Assembly: GCA_039621445.1 (NCBI GenBank)
Contig: CP154954.1
Location: 7,141,425-7,205,424, forward strand
Direction of reading: 5' to 3'
DNA from: Euglena gracilis
Lineage: Eukaryota
DNA length: 64,000 nt
Below are positions 27,501-41,200 of this stretch, in pieces. Position 1 is the first letter of the stretch. The number at the start of each line of letters is the position of its first letter. The translations under genes and the position numbers were made by a program. A model generated the notes under the pieces. It saw only the letters and a program-made list of their open reading frames with translations, ran no database searches and had not been told where the DNA came from.

Positions 27501-30500
27501 GGCAGTGCCGACTCCACCCCGGGGGTGCCTGGCAAGGCGCCGAAGGTGCCGGGAGCCCAGAAAAGGCCATTTTTGGACACTTTTTGGCACCCCCCGGGGG
27601 GGGGGGTGCCTACTTGCCCAGGCATTCCAAAGCACTGACCCAGCCTGACCCTGGAGCATTGCTGGTTAACCCTGCCAATCCCTGTTGCGCAACGGTCTTT
27701 TTATTGGATATGGCTGAATGGCAGTATGTGTTTGGCACGGCCTCGGAAATCCTAAACATCTGGCAGCAACACATTGGGCTCCGATCGCAGGCGCTCGCCA
27801 TGCTCAGCGAGGCGCACCGTGAACACCAGCGGGCCAACGCCCCCGACCCGCCACTGGCCGCCGAGCTGTCCACCACGGCGGGGTTGTCGGACGCCGGGGC
27901 TGAGTCCGATGCGGGGTCCATGCGGGTGCGGTCCAGTGGCAGCTCCAGCGACAATGAGGGGGTGTGCCCCTTGCCGTTTTGGGCTGGTGCTCGCTGGGGT
28001 TTGTGCACGTTCCTTTTGTTCATGGGGGCACCCTAATTTGCTCCAAAATCTGTGTCAGCATTTGTTAGCACTCAAGCATTATGTTGGGAAAGCACCCCCT
28101 GTTTCAACATAATCACCAATGGTGGACGTTATGGACGGGCTGGGGAGTAAGTTTTTGACCACATTTTCATGACAAATAATTGATCCAGTAACCCCATGTC
28201 CTGAAAACTGGCTGGGATTTTGCTAACATACTGCTCTTTGTTGCTTGCAGTCTTCGCAAGAGGTGGCTGAGGAGCAACGTGCAGAAAATGGGTTTGCCAT
28301 TTTGTACCGCGGATGCCAGCATAAATGAATGAGAAAGTTAAAGTTTTTTGTTACATTTGCCATTAATTGCAACTTTGTGTATTTTTCCATTAATCTTCTT
28401 TTCAATTTCAGATGCTTATTATGTACTATGCATTTGTCGTGGTTTTGTCTTCCTCCATTTTTCATGAGAACCAGCCATTTGCGGCTGCTCCAGGTCGACA
28501 AGGGTGACAAGGACCGATAGGGTCGATTTATTTTTTTGGGGCCTCATGTGGTAGGTTTCCATTTTGGACCGACGTTGGCGACCAGGCTGGCTGTGCATGT
28601 TGTCAGTCGATCATGTGTTTTGCCTGTCCGAGGGTTTAAAATGGTTGAAATTGGGGAAATGGTCTAAAGTTGCCCAAAAACGTTGCCAAAATGATGTACA
28701 CTGACCAAAATTGTCCAGAATTGGACCCCCACAACAAGAAACTATGCCCTGCGTCGCCCTTCCCCTGGGACAACAGCCCTTGGTAATTTCTTTTTGGGGT
28801 TCCAAGGTTTCTGAATGTATTTTCCACCCTCCTAAAAGCCACTTGGGCAGCGGGAGGGTTGGCAGCAGCGCCAAACTGCAGCAGAAGTTTGGCAAGGCCT
28901 CTCCCTGGCATTTTCCAGTGAGATGTCGAAATATTTGTGTGGTGGTTTTACACCGAGCCGGCTGCAAATGGCGACACCCCCTCAACAGGCTCTCACTTTC
29001 ATTATTCAATCCCCCCCCACCACAACTCGCCGGGTTATATGCCTGGGGCCAACCAGGGCCGATTGCGGCCGACCAAAGCTGACCAGAGCACCAGAATGGG
29101 GAGTGGCCGTGGGTGCCTCATAACAGAGGTAACGTGACCCCCCCTTTTTGCCCCCCCCCCCAATCCGCTCGAGGCCAACCAGCCAATAGGGGGGTCATGC
29201 GTACCCACTCCAAATTGTCCCCACCCCCTGAATTGGCAAGAAGGGGGTCCAGGCTGTCCGAAGGGCGGCCAAATAGGGGTGAGGGGTTCACGTGAAATAT
29301 TCTTAGGTTATCATTCCATGATTCACGGCAGCCTCCCACCGCTTCAGCCTGGAAGCAAAGGGCAAGGCAAGCAAGCATCAGCGGCGGTTCAAAGCGACCC
29401 CGCCGTCTTCCATCAGTCGCACGCCTGCGATCCAAGTGTGCCGTGTCCCCCGCGGCAGCAGCGTCTCACCTCACTCAAGTTTGGGTTTTGTTTTTGTGTC
29501 TTTGGGGGGGGGTCCCAAAATCGGCCCAAGAATTTTGGTGGGGTCCCAAAAGTCAAAATTTTGGGTCTCCATTGACGAGGAGAGAAAACCACGGGAAACA
29601 ATGGTCGACCACATGAAGAACACTGGCTTTTGCCATGAGTTCTGTTCCGAAGGTCATCATTCACGGCGTGTCGAAGGGCAGCTCATCAATCAAAGCTTGC
29701 TGGGTGACGCATTCACCTTTGTCTGAAATTTCTCGAAAATGGTGGGGAATCAAAGGAAACGTCCGGAGACCTAGATTTGAAGCCTTGAAATGCCCAATCT
29801 ACAAGTATTTTGATTTCCCCGCAACTCCCCGCCGGGCCCGAGTTACGGCCATTTTTCGGTCGATTTTGGCCATTTTGTACAGTTTTGACCTGTTTTGATT
29901 TAGCCATTTTCGGTCATTTTTGGTAAAAAAAAAAAGTCGAAAAAAAATTGCCCGAAACGATGTTTTATGGTCTCCCGGACCCAGAAAACCTGTTTTTGAG
30001 CCGAAAATGAGCGTTTTTCGACCCCCCCCCCGGCGACCCCCACAACGCCAGCGCCCAAATCAAAAAAAAAAAAGGTCGGTGTGCGAAAATGCGCAAATCG
30101 ACCCAAAAAAACCTTAAGAGCGAGCCGCCTAAGCAAAGTCATGGAGTGGTTGCGAAATTCGTGGCCTTTCAATGTGGTCACAAGGGACATGGTTGACAAC
30201 CCCCTCAGCAATGGCTTCTTGGGACAACACACATTTGTACATTTGCCTTTTCTATGATGAGGGCAAATCTGGTATTGAACTCCTGACCACAGCTTTGTAA
30301 AATTTCTTGCAAGAAGCCATAAAAAAAGGGCTGTGTTGGTGAGAAAAACTTTTTTCCAAACAGGGGGTCCCAAAAAGACAAATTTTTGGGGTTTTGGGGG
30401 GTACCCAGAAAACAAAATTTGCCTCATTTAAACTCCCCAAAGACGTGGGTCTGTTTTTGGGTCCATTGCTGAAAAAATTAACGGTTTGTGCATTTTTGCC

Positions 30501-33500
30501 AAAACATTTATATTGAAAAAGCTTTCCCGTGAGACGGTCAAAAAATAGGGCCAGGGCAATTATGGCAACAAGCACGAATTTTCTCAAAAATGTGATTGTG
30601 AACAAATGTAAAATTGGGAAAAAAATAATTAAAAAGTAATTTGGGTTTTTTTTTCTCAATATCCCGAGAAGGTGTCTTATTTTGGCGGTCATGTGTTGCA
30701 GGGATTACGCTGAAACAGGCACTCTCTTTCATATTTGAGATTTAAGTTAACACAAATGAAACTGTTGTCAAACTGGCATGTGCAAACCTTAATGGCGTGC
30801 CATAGCGTGTCGGCTGTTTTCTATTCCCTCTTATTACAATGAGTTTCTAAATCCCATCGCTTTCCATGATATCCCATTGCTTTGATTTTCTTATTGATCG
30901 TCGAGGAAATTGTTTATACTCCATTTTGATGTGAACAGGATGAAAAATTGCTAAAGATAAATTTGTTTTCTTTTCCATTTTCCAGAACAGGAATGGAATT
31001 TGATGTAGCAACTCCAACCTCATCTCTAATTTTTTAACCTCTCTCTCAGTTTTTGTGAAAGGCCTTGGATGTTGTGTCCTCCGCTTGCCCCATTGCTACA
31101 GCCAAACCCTTCAATTACTTCGATCGAAGAGGCGGTGAACAGTGTTGGAGAGGCTGGCTTCTGCGCATGGACCCGCGTTGAAGAATTGTTTTTGGTTCTT
31201 AGAAGGAGGAAAATGATTTCATATCCACACATCTATACACCACCGACCACCAAACAAAAAATCAGAACCATTTCAAATCGGGTTAGTGGGCGGGGTCTTA
31301 TCTTCTTGTGCGGGTGCACGTGGCTGCCCGGTGGCAGACATCTTGAAGAAGCCGATGAAAATGAATGTCTCGTTCCCTAAAGGTATCGCAGAGTGTGCCT
31401 CCCATGCGTTTTTGACATTGTTGTCATATGGAATAGACATGTCTCAGATTGGATTGATTTTTGTGTGAAGCCACCTGTGTCCGATTATTCGCGGTATTCA
31501 ACATCAACATAGATTTGTTTGCATCGATAGATGATTCATGAATGGGGGGATGGGATGCAAACATTTGCATGTACCATAAAATCCCAGTATATTGTGCACG
31601 ATGTCCGGATGTTGTTTGTATTTCCTATTTGGGATGTTTGGTGTTTTTTTGCTTTTGTTTGAGAGTCACACACCGTCTCACTGTGCAGGGGTCCGGCTGG
31701 AGGATGTCTTCGCCGCTCTATTCGACTCCAGCTCTGCCTTTTTCACAAACAAGCATCTCCACCCTGGACCTCCTGGAATACAGTGCCTTTTTCTGCATCC
31801 ACGGAAAAAAGGAACATTGTACGTGCTTTTTAATGCCTCACTTTTGTCTGCTGCTTGTTTGTTTTTAATTTAACGGCAGAACGTTTGAATTTTTTGGATC
31901 CCCCTGAGGAAAATGTCTGGTGACAAAGAATCTGGGTGAATGCACTGGACGGATGGCAACTCAATACAGTCCAGGACCAAAACCTCGGCGGTGCTTGTGG
32001 TCGGCGTACCACCAGCGGCAGGGTGACAAGGTAGTTGAGGTGCAGGAATGGGCAGAACGATCGCTCCCGGAAGGGCAGGGGGCATGGGCTGGCAGCCGGC
32101 AGGTGAGCCATTGTGTTTGTGTGCAGCTCACACCACTATTTGTGGTAATTCCTCACCTGATACAAATGCACATCTAAAAATCGGAATTTGGTGGAATCGG
32201 ATTTTAATCGGAATTTATTTTTTTGGATGCATTTGTGGAGACCTCCAAGAAGCCAATAAATTCAGAGGAATCGTATTTCCGAATGTTTTTGGTGTAAATC
32301 TCAGATGCAAAGTCTTATTTTTATTATTATTCAGTCTTATCATTATTGTTTTTTTTTTTCTTCACAAACAAACAAAAATCATTTTGTTGTCATCTGTACA
32401 ACAAATTTTCAGTAATTTCGTCTTTCCGAAGGTTTAATTTTTTCTCAAGAACTGCGGGGTTGTTTCCTATTTGCAACACCCTCAGGGAGACTCAGCCCCA
32501 GGGAGTCTGGGGCTGAGCCGCCTCCCCCCCATCCGCAGGGGGGCGCACACACACGTTGAATCCCCCCTGGGGGGTGTCTAGGTGTGTACCAGGCGGTCTG
32601 GGTCCAGAAATAATAAAGAAAATGGCCAGAAAGATGAGAAATTGATTTCTTGAGGTGTTTTTCATTGACATCAACGAAATCCAACCCAACACTCATAATA
32701 TTTAATAATAATAAAAAGGGTTTTGGTACAGGCTTTTTTCTTTTCCCTGGTAGTATTTCTTACGAACGCCCCACAAGCAGGTCCCCTGAAAAAAATCATG
32801 TTCCTCCGCCAGACTTCTTTTTAAGGAAGTGCAACCCCTGGGGGGGGTGGGGGCTATGGGCAGGCAGGGCCCCCAGGGGGGATTTTGGGGTGGGTAGTGC
32901 TATGGTCACCCCGGCGCCGAAGACCAAAAATGCCGTTTTCCAGGGAAAATTGGCTTGGCACAGGGGTCTAAAACCGACCCCCAGGAGGTGTGCCTGCTAT
33001 GGGAAGGCACCCCTCCCCCCGCAATTAGCGACAAGGGGCAATCAGGGGGATTTCTTAAGCCGGAGGGTACCCTATCCCCGGGGGGGGGGGGGCAGCCAGC
33101 CAGCCAGCTCAAATCCAGCCAGCAGCCCAAATTCGGGCTGGGAGCCCCCCCCCGGGGTCGAGTGAAATAAAGTCGGGTCCAGTCCGGCCGGAGGCCGAGC
33201 CGGCGGGCCAGCCGGCCGCAGGCTGGCCAGCCAACTGGGCTGCCCAGGTCACCTATCCCTGCATTTTTTCCCCTCACCACAGCTTCCTCCATCACAGCCC
33301 CCCAGCCTTGATCTAGCTCCATCCACCAAAATGTCGAAAATGGCCAAAAATTTTTTTTAGAAATTTAGAAATTTAGAAATTTTTGTTTTTCACCAACCCA
33401 GCCCAGTCCAGCCCCCTCCAGACACCGTCCCCCCCCTCCCCCCTCCCTCCCACCCCCCGGGGGGGTCCAGCCAGCCAGCTCAAATCCAGCCAGCAGCCTT

Positions 33501-35223
33501 TTTGCCAGCCAGAGGCTGGACCCTCCCCCCCGGGGGGGGGTCCTTAAGAAACCCCCTGGGGGCAATGCTGGATATTTGTTTGGGCAGCCCAAGGACCTCA
33601 TTTGAGTGGCCACCCAGTGTAACACAACCCAAAAGGTACACATAGTATGCATATCACACGGGCAGATGCGCATTCCAAACCATTTCGCATTCCTATATTT
33701 TTTCCGCAGGCCGTCTTTTCCACAGAGGTCTCCATGCCGAAGCGGACGTGGGTGTCCGCGTACGAGCACCATGCGTTTTACTACCTGCAGCTGCCAGAGA
33801 CCAAGACCCTTGTGGTGCAGAGTGCCACCCGCACCCCCGAGGTTGCCTTGGGACCCTGTCGGGGGAACATGTAACCCCCCCAAAATACAAAGTGGAGGAC
33901 TACCATATCACTTGAACAGTGTTTTCATTTCCCCCCGCCAGGTTATTTTGGCATTACTTTCAGTGCTGTTGAGGATTTTTTGCCATAATAAAACAGGGGC
34001 GCCAGGTTATTAGAACCATCTTTTGTGTTGCCCCCCCCCCGTCAACCTAAATTAAGTTTTTCAATTTGCATGACTTTTTTTGTCTTCCCCTCATATTTTC
34101 ATTTTTCTTCCTTCGTTATTGATAGAACTGGAATGGAGTATGCAATTCATTCTGCCCATTTTTTCAAATGGTTCACAAGGAGAGGGGGCAGGCACGTTTT
34201 TTGTGTTATTTTTGTTTTGGTGAAAGCCGGTGTTTGCTTTTTTGTGGTCAGTCTTTGCTTTTTTCCCCGAGTTTCTCCTGCGAAATGATTGGAGAAAATC
34301 TGCATTTTAGACCAGGTTTTTCCCTCTGGGCCAAACTTTTCTCCAACTTTTTTGCTTTTCTCTTCATTTTTTTTGATAATTTCCTTTTTTTGGAATCAGC
34401 ATATTCCCAAAATCATTGGTTTTTCTCCAAACCCCCTCCAAGAGCAATGTGAACACTCCTGATATCAGTTTTCCGATATGTTCGCAACTCTTCTGTCATT
34501 TTTGAATTATGCTTCAATATCCCCTGCGAACAGTTGGTACCAGTGTCTGTCATTTCGCTTCCACAGTGTCCCATCCTGTGAAGGCGAATTAAAAGAAAGC
34601 CTCCGACGTTTTTTCCGCTTCATTGGGACGATCCAGGTTTTGATATGCAGGTTTCGAACAGGTTTGATATAAGGACAGATTTAGAGGTTTCTGCCAGACT
34701 CCTCCCCCTTTGCCGAAGTGGGGTCCGGACCATCCCCACCTGCAATTACATTGTCACACTCGCTTGCTGTTTCTCCCCCCAATTTTCAACGTTTCTGTTT
34801 CGCCCACCCAATGGTTACAAGTCCCACAACACAAAGAAAAAAAAGAAAAAAAAGGAAGACAGACGACCGAAGTTGAAGGTGATACCTGGTCTGGTGTCCC
34901 GCAGGGGAAGATGCGGGTTAAAAACTCGTATGGTTTGACCAAGGCATCAGCACCGAAGTCGCTGGAAAAAAGGGATAGATACTTCCAAAGGAAGGCATAA
35001 GAGGAACTGATTGTAGTGTCGACATTAATGATGCTTTTTTTCAGTGTGATTTTCTTTTCGGTTGGGTTATGGCGGGTTGACATCCTGTCTTTAGGTCATG
35101 TATGGCGACTGCTTCCGTGCGGAGACGTTGTTGTGCTGGCGGGAGGTGCTGGAGGGGGAGGTGGTGCTGGACATCTATTGCGGCCTCCACTTTGTGAAGA
35201 GCACCATGATGCGCCGTATCATT

Positions 35224-35256
<33 letters not shown>

Positions 35257-38200
35257 ATGTGTGCACGCAGTTATTGGTTGTTGTCATGATGTTGATTTTG
35301 ACGTTGTTGTGTGTTTGGGTGTATATAAGCCACATTTCTAAAAGGGCAACTGGGTAGAGCACATGTGCTGTATGTATTTCTTCATTTTGAGCTCAACATC
35401 GTTATATTGACAACGCTATGGTTTATTAAAGCTGTATGCACCTTCTTTTTTCGGGGGGGTAGTACCCTTGTACCACTCCTTGGAAAATGACACGCAGATC
35501 ATCCAGAAATACAGCTCATAAGCTATATTATGGTTCTAGGTATCACACAAACCCACCCACCACCCACCCACCCACCCACCCACCCACCCACCCACCCACC
35601 CACCCACCCACCCACCACACACATGCTGTAAATTAAGTTATAAAAAAAATAAGAAAGAATGGGATATGTTGATGGTTTTTCCCCCTGAATAATGAAACGT
35701 CTCTAGTGTGGTTCGTTCATCCAGAAACATGCTTTGTCTGCGCGTTGTTGCATGTTCATGCCACCTGCAACAGGAGGATTTCATAACTCTCTGCTGCCTT
35801 TACCAAGCATTTCATCGGCTAGCCAGGTACCCCCCCCTCCCTTTGTCCAACGACCATTTACCTGCAACCTATGACCAGGAGGGGTGGTCGTACGCCCCCA
35901 TCACCTGCAACCTGTGACCGGGGGGTGGTCATCATAAAGGGGGCAAAGGCTCACGCTCGTCGAAAAGCGGGAAAAAAATCATAAAGGAGGTAAGCCCAAA
36001 CACAGCGGCTGCTCCTGAGGGGGTGTCATGAACGACAGCGCCAGAGCCAGATTCCAAAAAGGTGGTGTTGTTTGCAAAAAGCAACACGTGGAATTTGGAG
36101 TTTGGCGCACGTTTTCAACGGGAACCTTTACCTCACAAAGGATCTGATCGATGGGATTTTATCCCGAAAATTGTTGTATCACCGGCAGAAAGGCTTCTAT
36201 ACCGTGCCCGCGGAATAGTGCCTGCCCTGCACCCCTTCGGTGTAGCATTTGCACAGCAGCCTTCTGACGTTGCTGGGGGGCGGAACATAGCAGAAAAAAT
36301 CCTGTAGCGGGGGAGGTGGGAAATCTACCGCTGGGTAAAACCGTCAATTTTTTTTTGAAACCTGCAACCTTTGACCAGGGGGGGGTGGTCGTACGCCCCC
36401 CATTACCTGCAACCTGTGACCGGGGGGTGGTCATTATAAAGGGGTGGTCGTTGGACAAAGGGGAGGGGGGGTAGTGAGGCACTCCCAAGAATTCAGTGTG
36501 TTGCATTGTTGAGACCCAGGCACGGGTCTCCTCCGCTTTCCCGCTCCCCCTGGTCAGAGTCCAAAGCACTGGCGGAGCTGGCACGCAGCTACGACCTGTG
36601 GCTGGAAGTGGCGCTGGGGATGGTGACGGACGCCCTCGCGTGCCGCCGGCCCGCCAGCCCCGCAGTCGGCTCGCCTGGCCCCGATGGCTGGGTGAAGCGC
36701 CGGGAGGTGTGGCTTGCCCCTTGGGTGTCCAGCTGGGGGTCACAGTGATGCATACCCTACTACCCTCACAAAATGGTGCCTGTGCCCCCCAAACAGGCAC
36801 GGTGTCATTTTGAAGGATGGGATATTTATTTGTATGTGGTGCCTTTAAAAGCATGGAATATTTTTTTCTGATGTCTTTCGTTGGCTGCCCCACCCCGGTG
36901 ACTCGCCTGTTTAGAGGCAAAGTGAACAGATTCAAATCTCGATTGTCTGTGTATATGTATATACATATGCATACACATATGTATATGTGTATGTATGTGT
37001 GTGTATACATATATATGGGGGGGGTTGGAGGCCGAAAAATTTGATTGGGAAAAAATTGGCGTACAGAAATCCTGCCAAATTTTTCCGGCCCTTTTTTGAA
37101 AATCCTGCCATTTTTTTCTGGGCCGTTACGAAGGTTTGTGCCTCCTCGTGCCCCGGTTGCTTTGAAGCGACCTTTTTTCCAGTCATCTTGCAAAAAAAGT
37201 TTTCAGGTTTGGCACCAATTTTTTCGGTTTCGGTTTCCAATTTTGTCGGTTCTAATTTTTTCTAGCTTCAATCCCCCCCCCGGTATGCGGGTGTGTCTGT
37301 GGGGTCTTAGGCTGCGCATCTTGCACGTAAGCTTTTTTTTGGTCAATAAGCATATTTTTGTCATATGTCGAAGAAGTTGATTTTGGCGATGCATTTACAA
37401 GAACTTTGAGCATAAGGGAGAACGCCTTTGATGAAACCCGACCGAATCCCCCTTTTTTTTGGCCCCGTCAGTCCCGAATCTTTGGCCAATTTTGGTTGTT
37501 GTTTTTTTGCGTGGTTGGCATGGCCCCCCCCCCTGGCGTGACCTCTCCAAAGTGAGAAGATTGTATTTGTGGCACGTGAAATTCCGCTCCTGTTGTGACC
37601 AAGTTCAACATTTCCACATCGGGACTTGAAACTTCAGAAAGGAAGAAAAGAGGTGCCTCCAGAACGCAACCTGGTCACACAGGAAATTGGGTGTGTAAGT
37701 TTTCTGTCTACCTCGTATTGTTATTAAAATTGATTGTTCGAGAATTCTGTGGTTGATGACCACCGGTGGTTGGTGGTCACCGGTGGTTGATGACGGGGAT
37801 ACAGAACACAGGAGGATTACCACAAGTTACCAGTTGATTTCAGTGGCAAATTGTCCATCAATGCCCCACTGATGTTTCAGGCTCTGTGGCACCCAAAGAC
37901 ATACATAACGTACATAACATGACCACAGAAACGTAAATGATGTCGGTAAACGATGTCACATTAGTGCACACCGACCGCTTTAAAAAAAAAACAAGCAAGT
38001 GCCTCCTATGTCAGCGTGTTTCGAGCTGGAAAAATGAATGTGATAAAATTTTGGTATTCCCTCCTTTGTGTTCTTATGGTGCTGGACCCCCTTTTTTGAG
38101 TATTGCTGGGATTTATTTTTGTGATTGGTGTGCGCAAATGCGCACATTAACCATTGAAGTGGCTGTTTAGGGAAATTGGGCACACCGACCAAAATTTATT

Positions 38201-41200
38201 TGAATTTTGAAGCCTTAATATCAGAGATTTCTGAAACAACAGAAGAATGGAAATGGAGAGCAGCGTGTGGAACAGAAGATTGGAAACGGTGAACAGCGTG
38301 TGGAGTTGTCGGGCTCAAGGTGGTGGTGTTGGAAGATATTTCTGAGGTCGAAAAAAGCGTGTCTGTGCATCAGTCAGCTGACACGTCAATTTTCAGCCAA
38401 TGTATGTGCGTCATTTTCGGACTGAATGCTGGGGGTGAAGATCAATTTTAAACGCAGTTTTCCAGGAGAAACCCTGGAAATGCAGCTATTAATTTTTATT
38501 TATTATTTGACGTTTAAGGGGTCATAAATGGTTTTTAACAATGCTTGATTGCCGATGCCTAAATTCGGGTTTAAAATTTCTACAAAATATCTCGCATATA
38601 TGGAGATTTAAACGGCAGCAATGCCCGCACCCCCCCCCCAGTTGCTATGGGCAAGCGGGGGGGGGGTAGGGCACTTTTGACCCGGGGGGGTCAGTAACAC
38701 ACACCCACCCCTCCCCCCCTCTGGCGCCGAAGGCGCCAGGCCCCCAAATTGGTCATTTTCAAGGGAAAATTGGCTTGACCGGCAGGCGACAGGATCCAAA
38801 AACGAGGGGGTGTGCCTGCTGTGGACAGGCTCCCCATACCACGGAACCCCCATGTTGGTAAAAACAAGCCTGGCGCAAGCCAACCAGACAGATGTTTGCA
38901 CAACCCAACCACTTATACAATTTTGCAAACACACTAATTTCAGCTGACACGTACAGCCCAGTTGCGCAAGTGGTCGGTGTGTGCAAATGCACACCAATCA
39001 TTTGCGCAAATGCACACACCGACCACAATTTTTTTGCAAAGACAGGGTTCAAAGCATCGTTTCAGGGTTGGTCACATCTCACCAAACCGTTCCAGCAACA
39101 TCTCATTAATGAGGCAGCCAGCGGAAGATTCTAAAGACACGTGCTGGGTGTTATTTACGCTGTCTGCTGTGATAAACCCCCCAAATCACCCCCCCCCCCC
39201 GAGGTATTATTTTTTCGCCCGAAGTCCCGGCCAGGGGGGTTATTATTTGGGGGGGGGTAATAGCACCCCAAAATTTTCGAAATTTTTCGAAGTCCCAAGG
39301 ACCCAAAATAGCACCCAAAGCCCTCCTTTGGGGTCATTTTTTTGTACTTTCTCATGAAATTCAGCATTTTTGGAGGTCAGATGATCCAGAAAATTCGATT
39401 TTTTTGTAATTTTTTGTCAGAAGTTGTTATTTTTACGTTTTTTTAGGGCAAAATCCGGGTCGTCGGCTTGAGATTGGGGGGTGTCGCCGAAGTTGGACCC
39501 CGAGGGAGGGGTATTATTTGTGTTTATCATTTGCTCTGAGACACCCTAACCGCCAACCGTATTTTCTTCCATCTTCGCGTCTTGGGGAACCACATCACAT
39601 CTTGCTCACATTTTTGTGTTTTTTTTTGGGAGCCAGTTTCCGTCATTTTCATTTTCTTTTGCGCAAATGCACACATCACCAGAAAAAAAATCCTGAAGTG
39701 CGAGATGTGCCGCACAGGTTAGTCCGAATTTTTTTTCTCCGGGCTCATTTGGAATTAATGTGTGTAAATTCTATGTTGTGATCATTCATATCCATAAGAA
39801 GATGTTCGCATTTTCTACAATGTTCAATTAATCGCGTTTTGGCAGAAGAATTTTCCATTTTCATCAAAATTTGTCATTTAATAATGAGAAGGGGGTGGCA
39901 AGTGCAGGGGAAATTTGAGTGCAGAAAAAAGGCAGTTATTTAAGCAGGTTGTTGATTGCTTTGCGATCAATTACCTACAGGTTGAAGTTGCTGTCCGTAC
40001 AAAAATTTTGAGAGTCGAGCCCCCGCAGATCAATGCTTTTAGCCTTGCCCTGGGCATTAATTCAGTTTGTGTCATTGCCAACAGCATTGAAGCATTCCAT
40101 TGCATTCTGCGAGGCCACGCCCTGCGCTTTTCAGAAGAAGGGCTTGTCCGGCCGCAAGGCCCAGCCAGGCTGTTGTCGGACCAAACAGAATGAATGATAA
40201 TGCTGAGAGTTGGAGCACCCCACAGTTCGCGGTCGCTTGTTGTTTGGGGTTGCAGGCGTAGTCAGGACAGGGTTAGGGTTAGGGTCAGGACAGAGGCCCA
40301 CAACCTGTCATGCACCATTCTTGAAAGAAGGTTGACCGGGCCATCCTGCACAGTCGCAGATTTACCGAGGAAGCACCCATGTGCCTCCCCAGAGAACTCG
40401 TTCAACACCAAAAGTGCAGGCAGGCTGTGTGGACTTTTTTGTTTTATTTTTGCATTTGCGACGTGCCACAGCCTGCCGTCGGCCCAGCCCAGTGGCCTCA
40501 CCGCGGAGCGGCCGCCCCAGCCTCGCGGCAGGGGAGGCGGCCACGGCTGCGGGGACAGAGGCCGCAGCTCCACTGGCGGTTCCCACAGGTGCCGCTTCAA
40601 CACACATCGGGTCTGCATTACATCTGAGTGAAGGGCGCATGATGGCCGTATTCAAAAGTACGCTTGAGGTTGTGTCCCAAGTTGGTTGGAGGGTTGAATC
40701 AGGTTGCGGGATATCTGCTGGATGGCTGACGGCTGAGGTGCTGGCTTTTTTTTTCCGCAGAGGGGCCTCACTGCATGCTGCTGCTCGTGGCGGTGAGCTT
40801 GGCGCTGCAGTGGGGGCTCCTGCAGTATGTCCAAGCCGAAGGCACCGTGGCAGAGCACCTCCTCAGCCAGGCACGACCGAGTCCCCACCCCATTCCCCAG
40901 TGTGCTTCGCTGAAATACCCTTGTGAAGCCCACCCCCAAGGGTTATGGTTTGGACTTTCCCCGGAGTGAATGCCTGCCATCAACACCACAGAACAGCGGC
41001 GCCGCGTCCTACAGAATGAGACCAAGGGCTAGGCAGACCGTTGATTTGTTTTTGGCTCACCCCCTGGAGGGGGGTCGGCAAGGAGTTGCCAAAAGTTCCC
41101 CACGTGACATTGACACCACAAGAATAACTTTTACAGAAATGGTCCAAAGCCATCATTATTTTCGATATTTGGGTGGACTGTCTGGACTTCTTGTGAGGCC

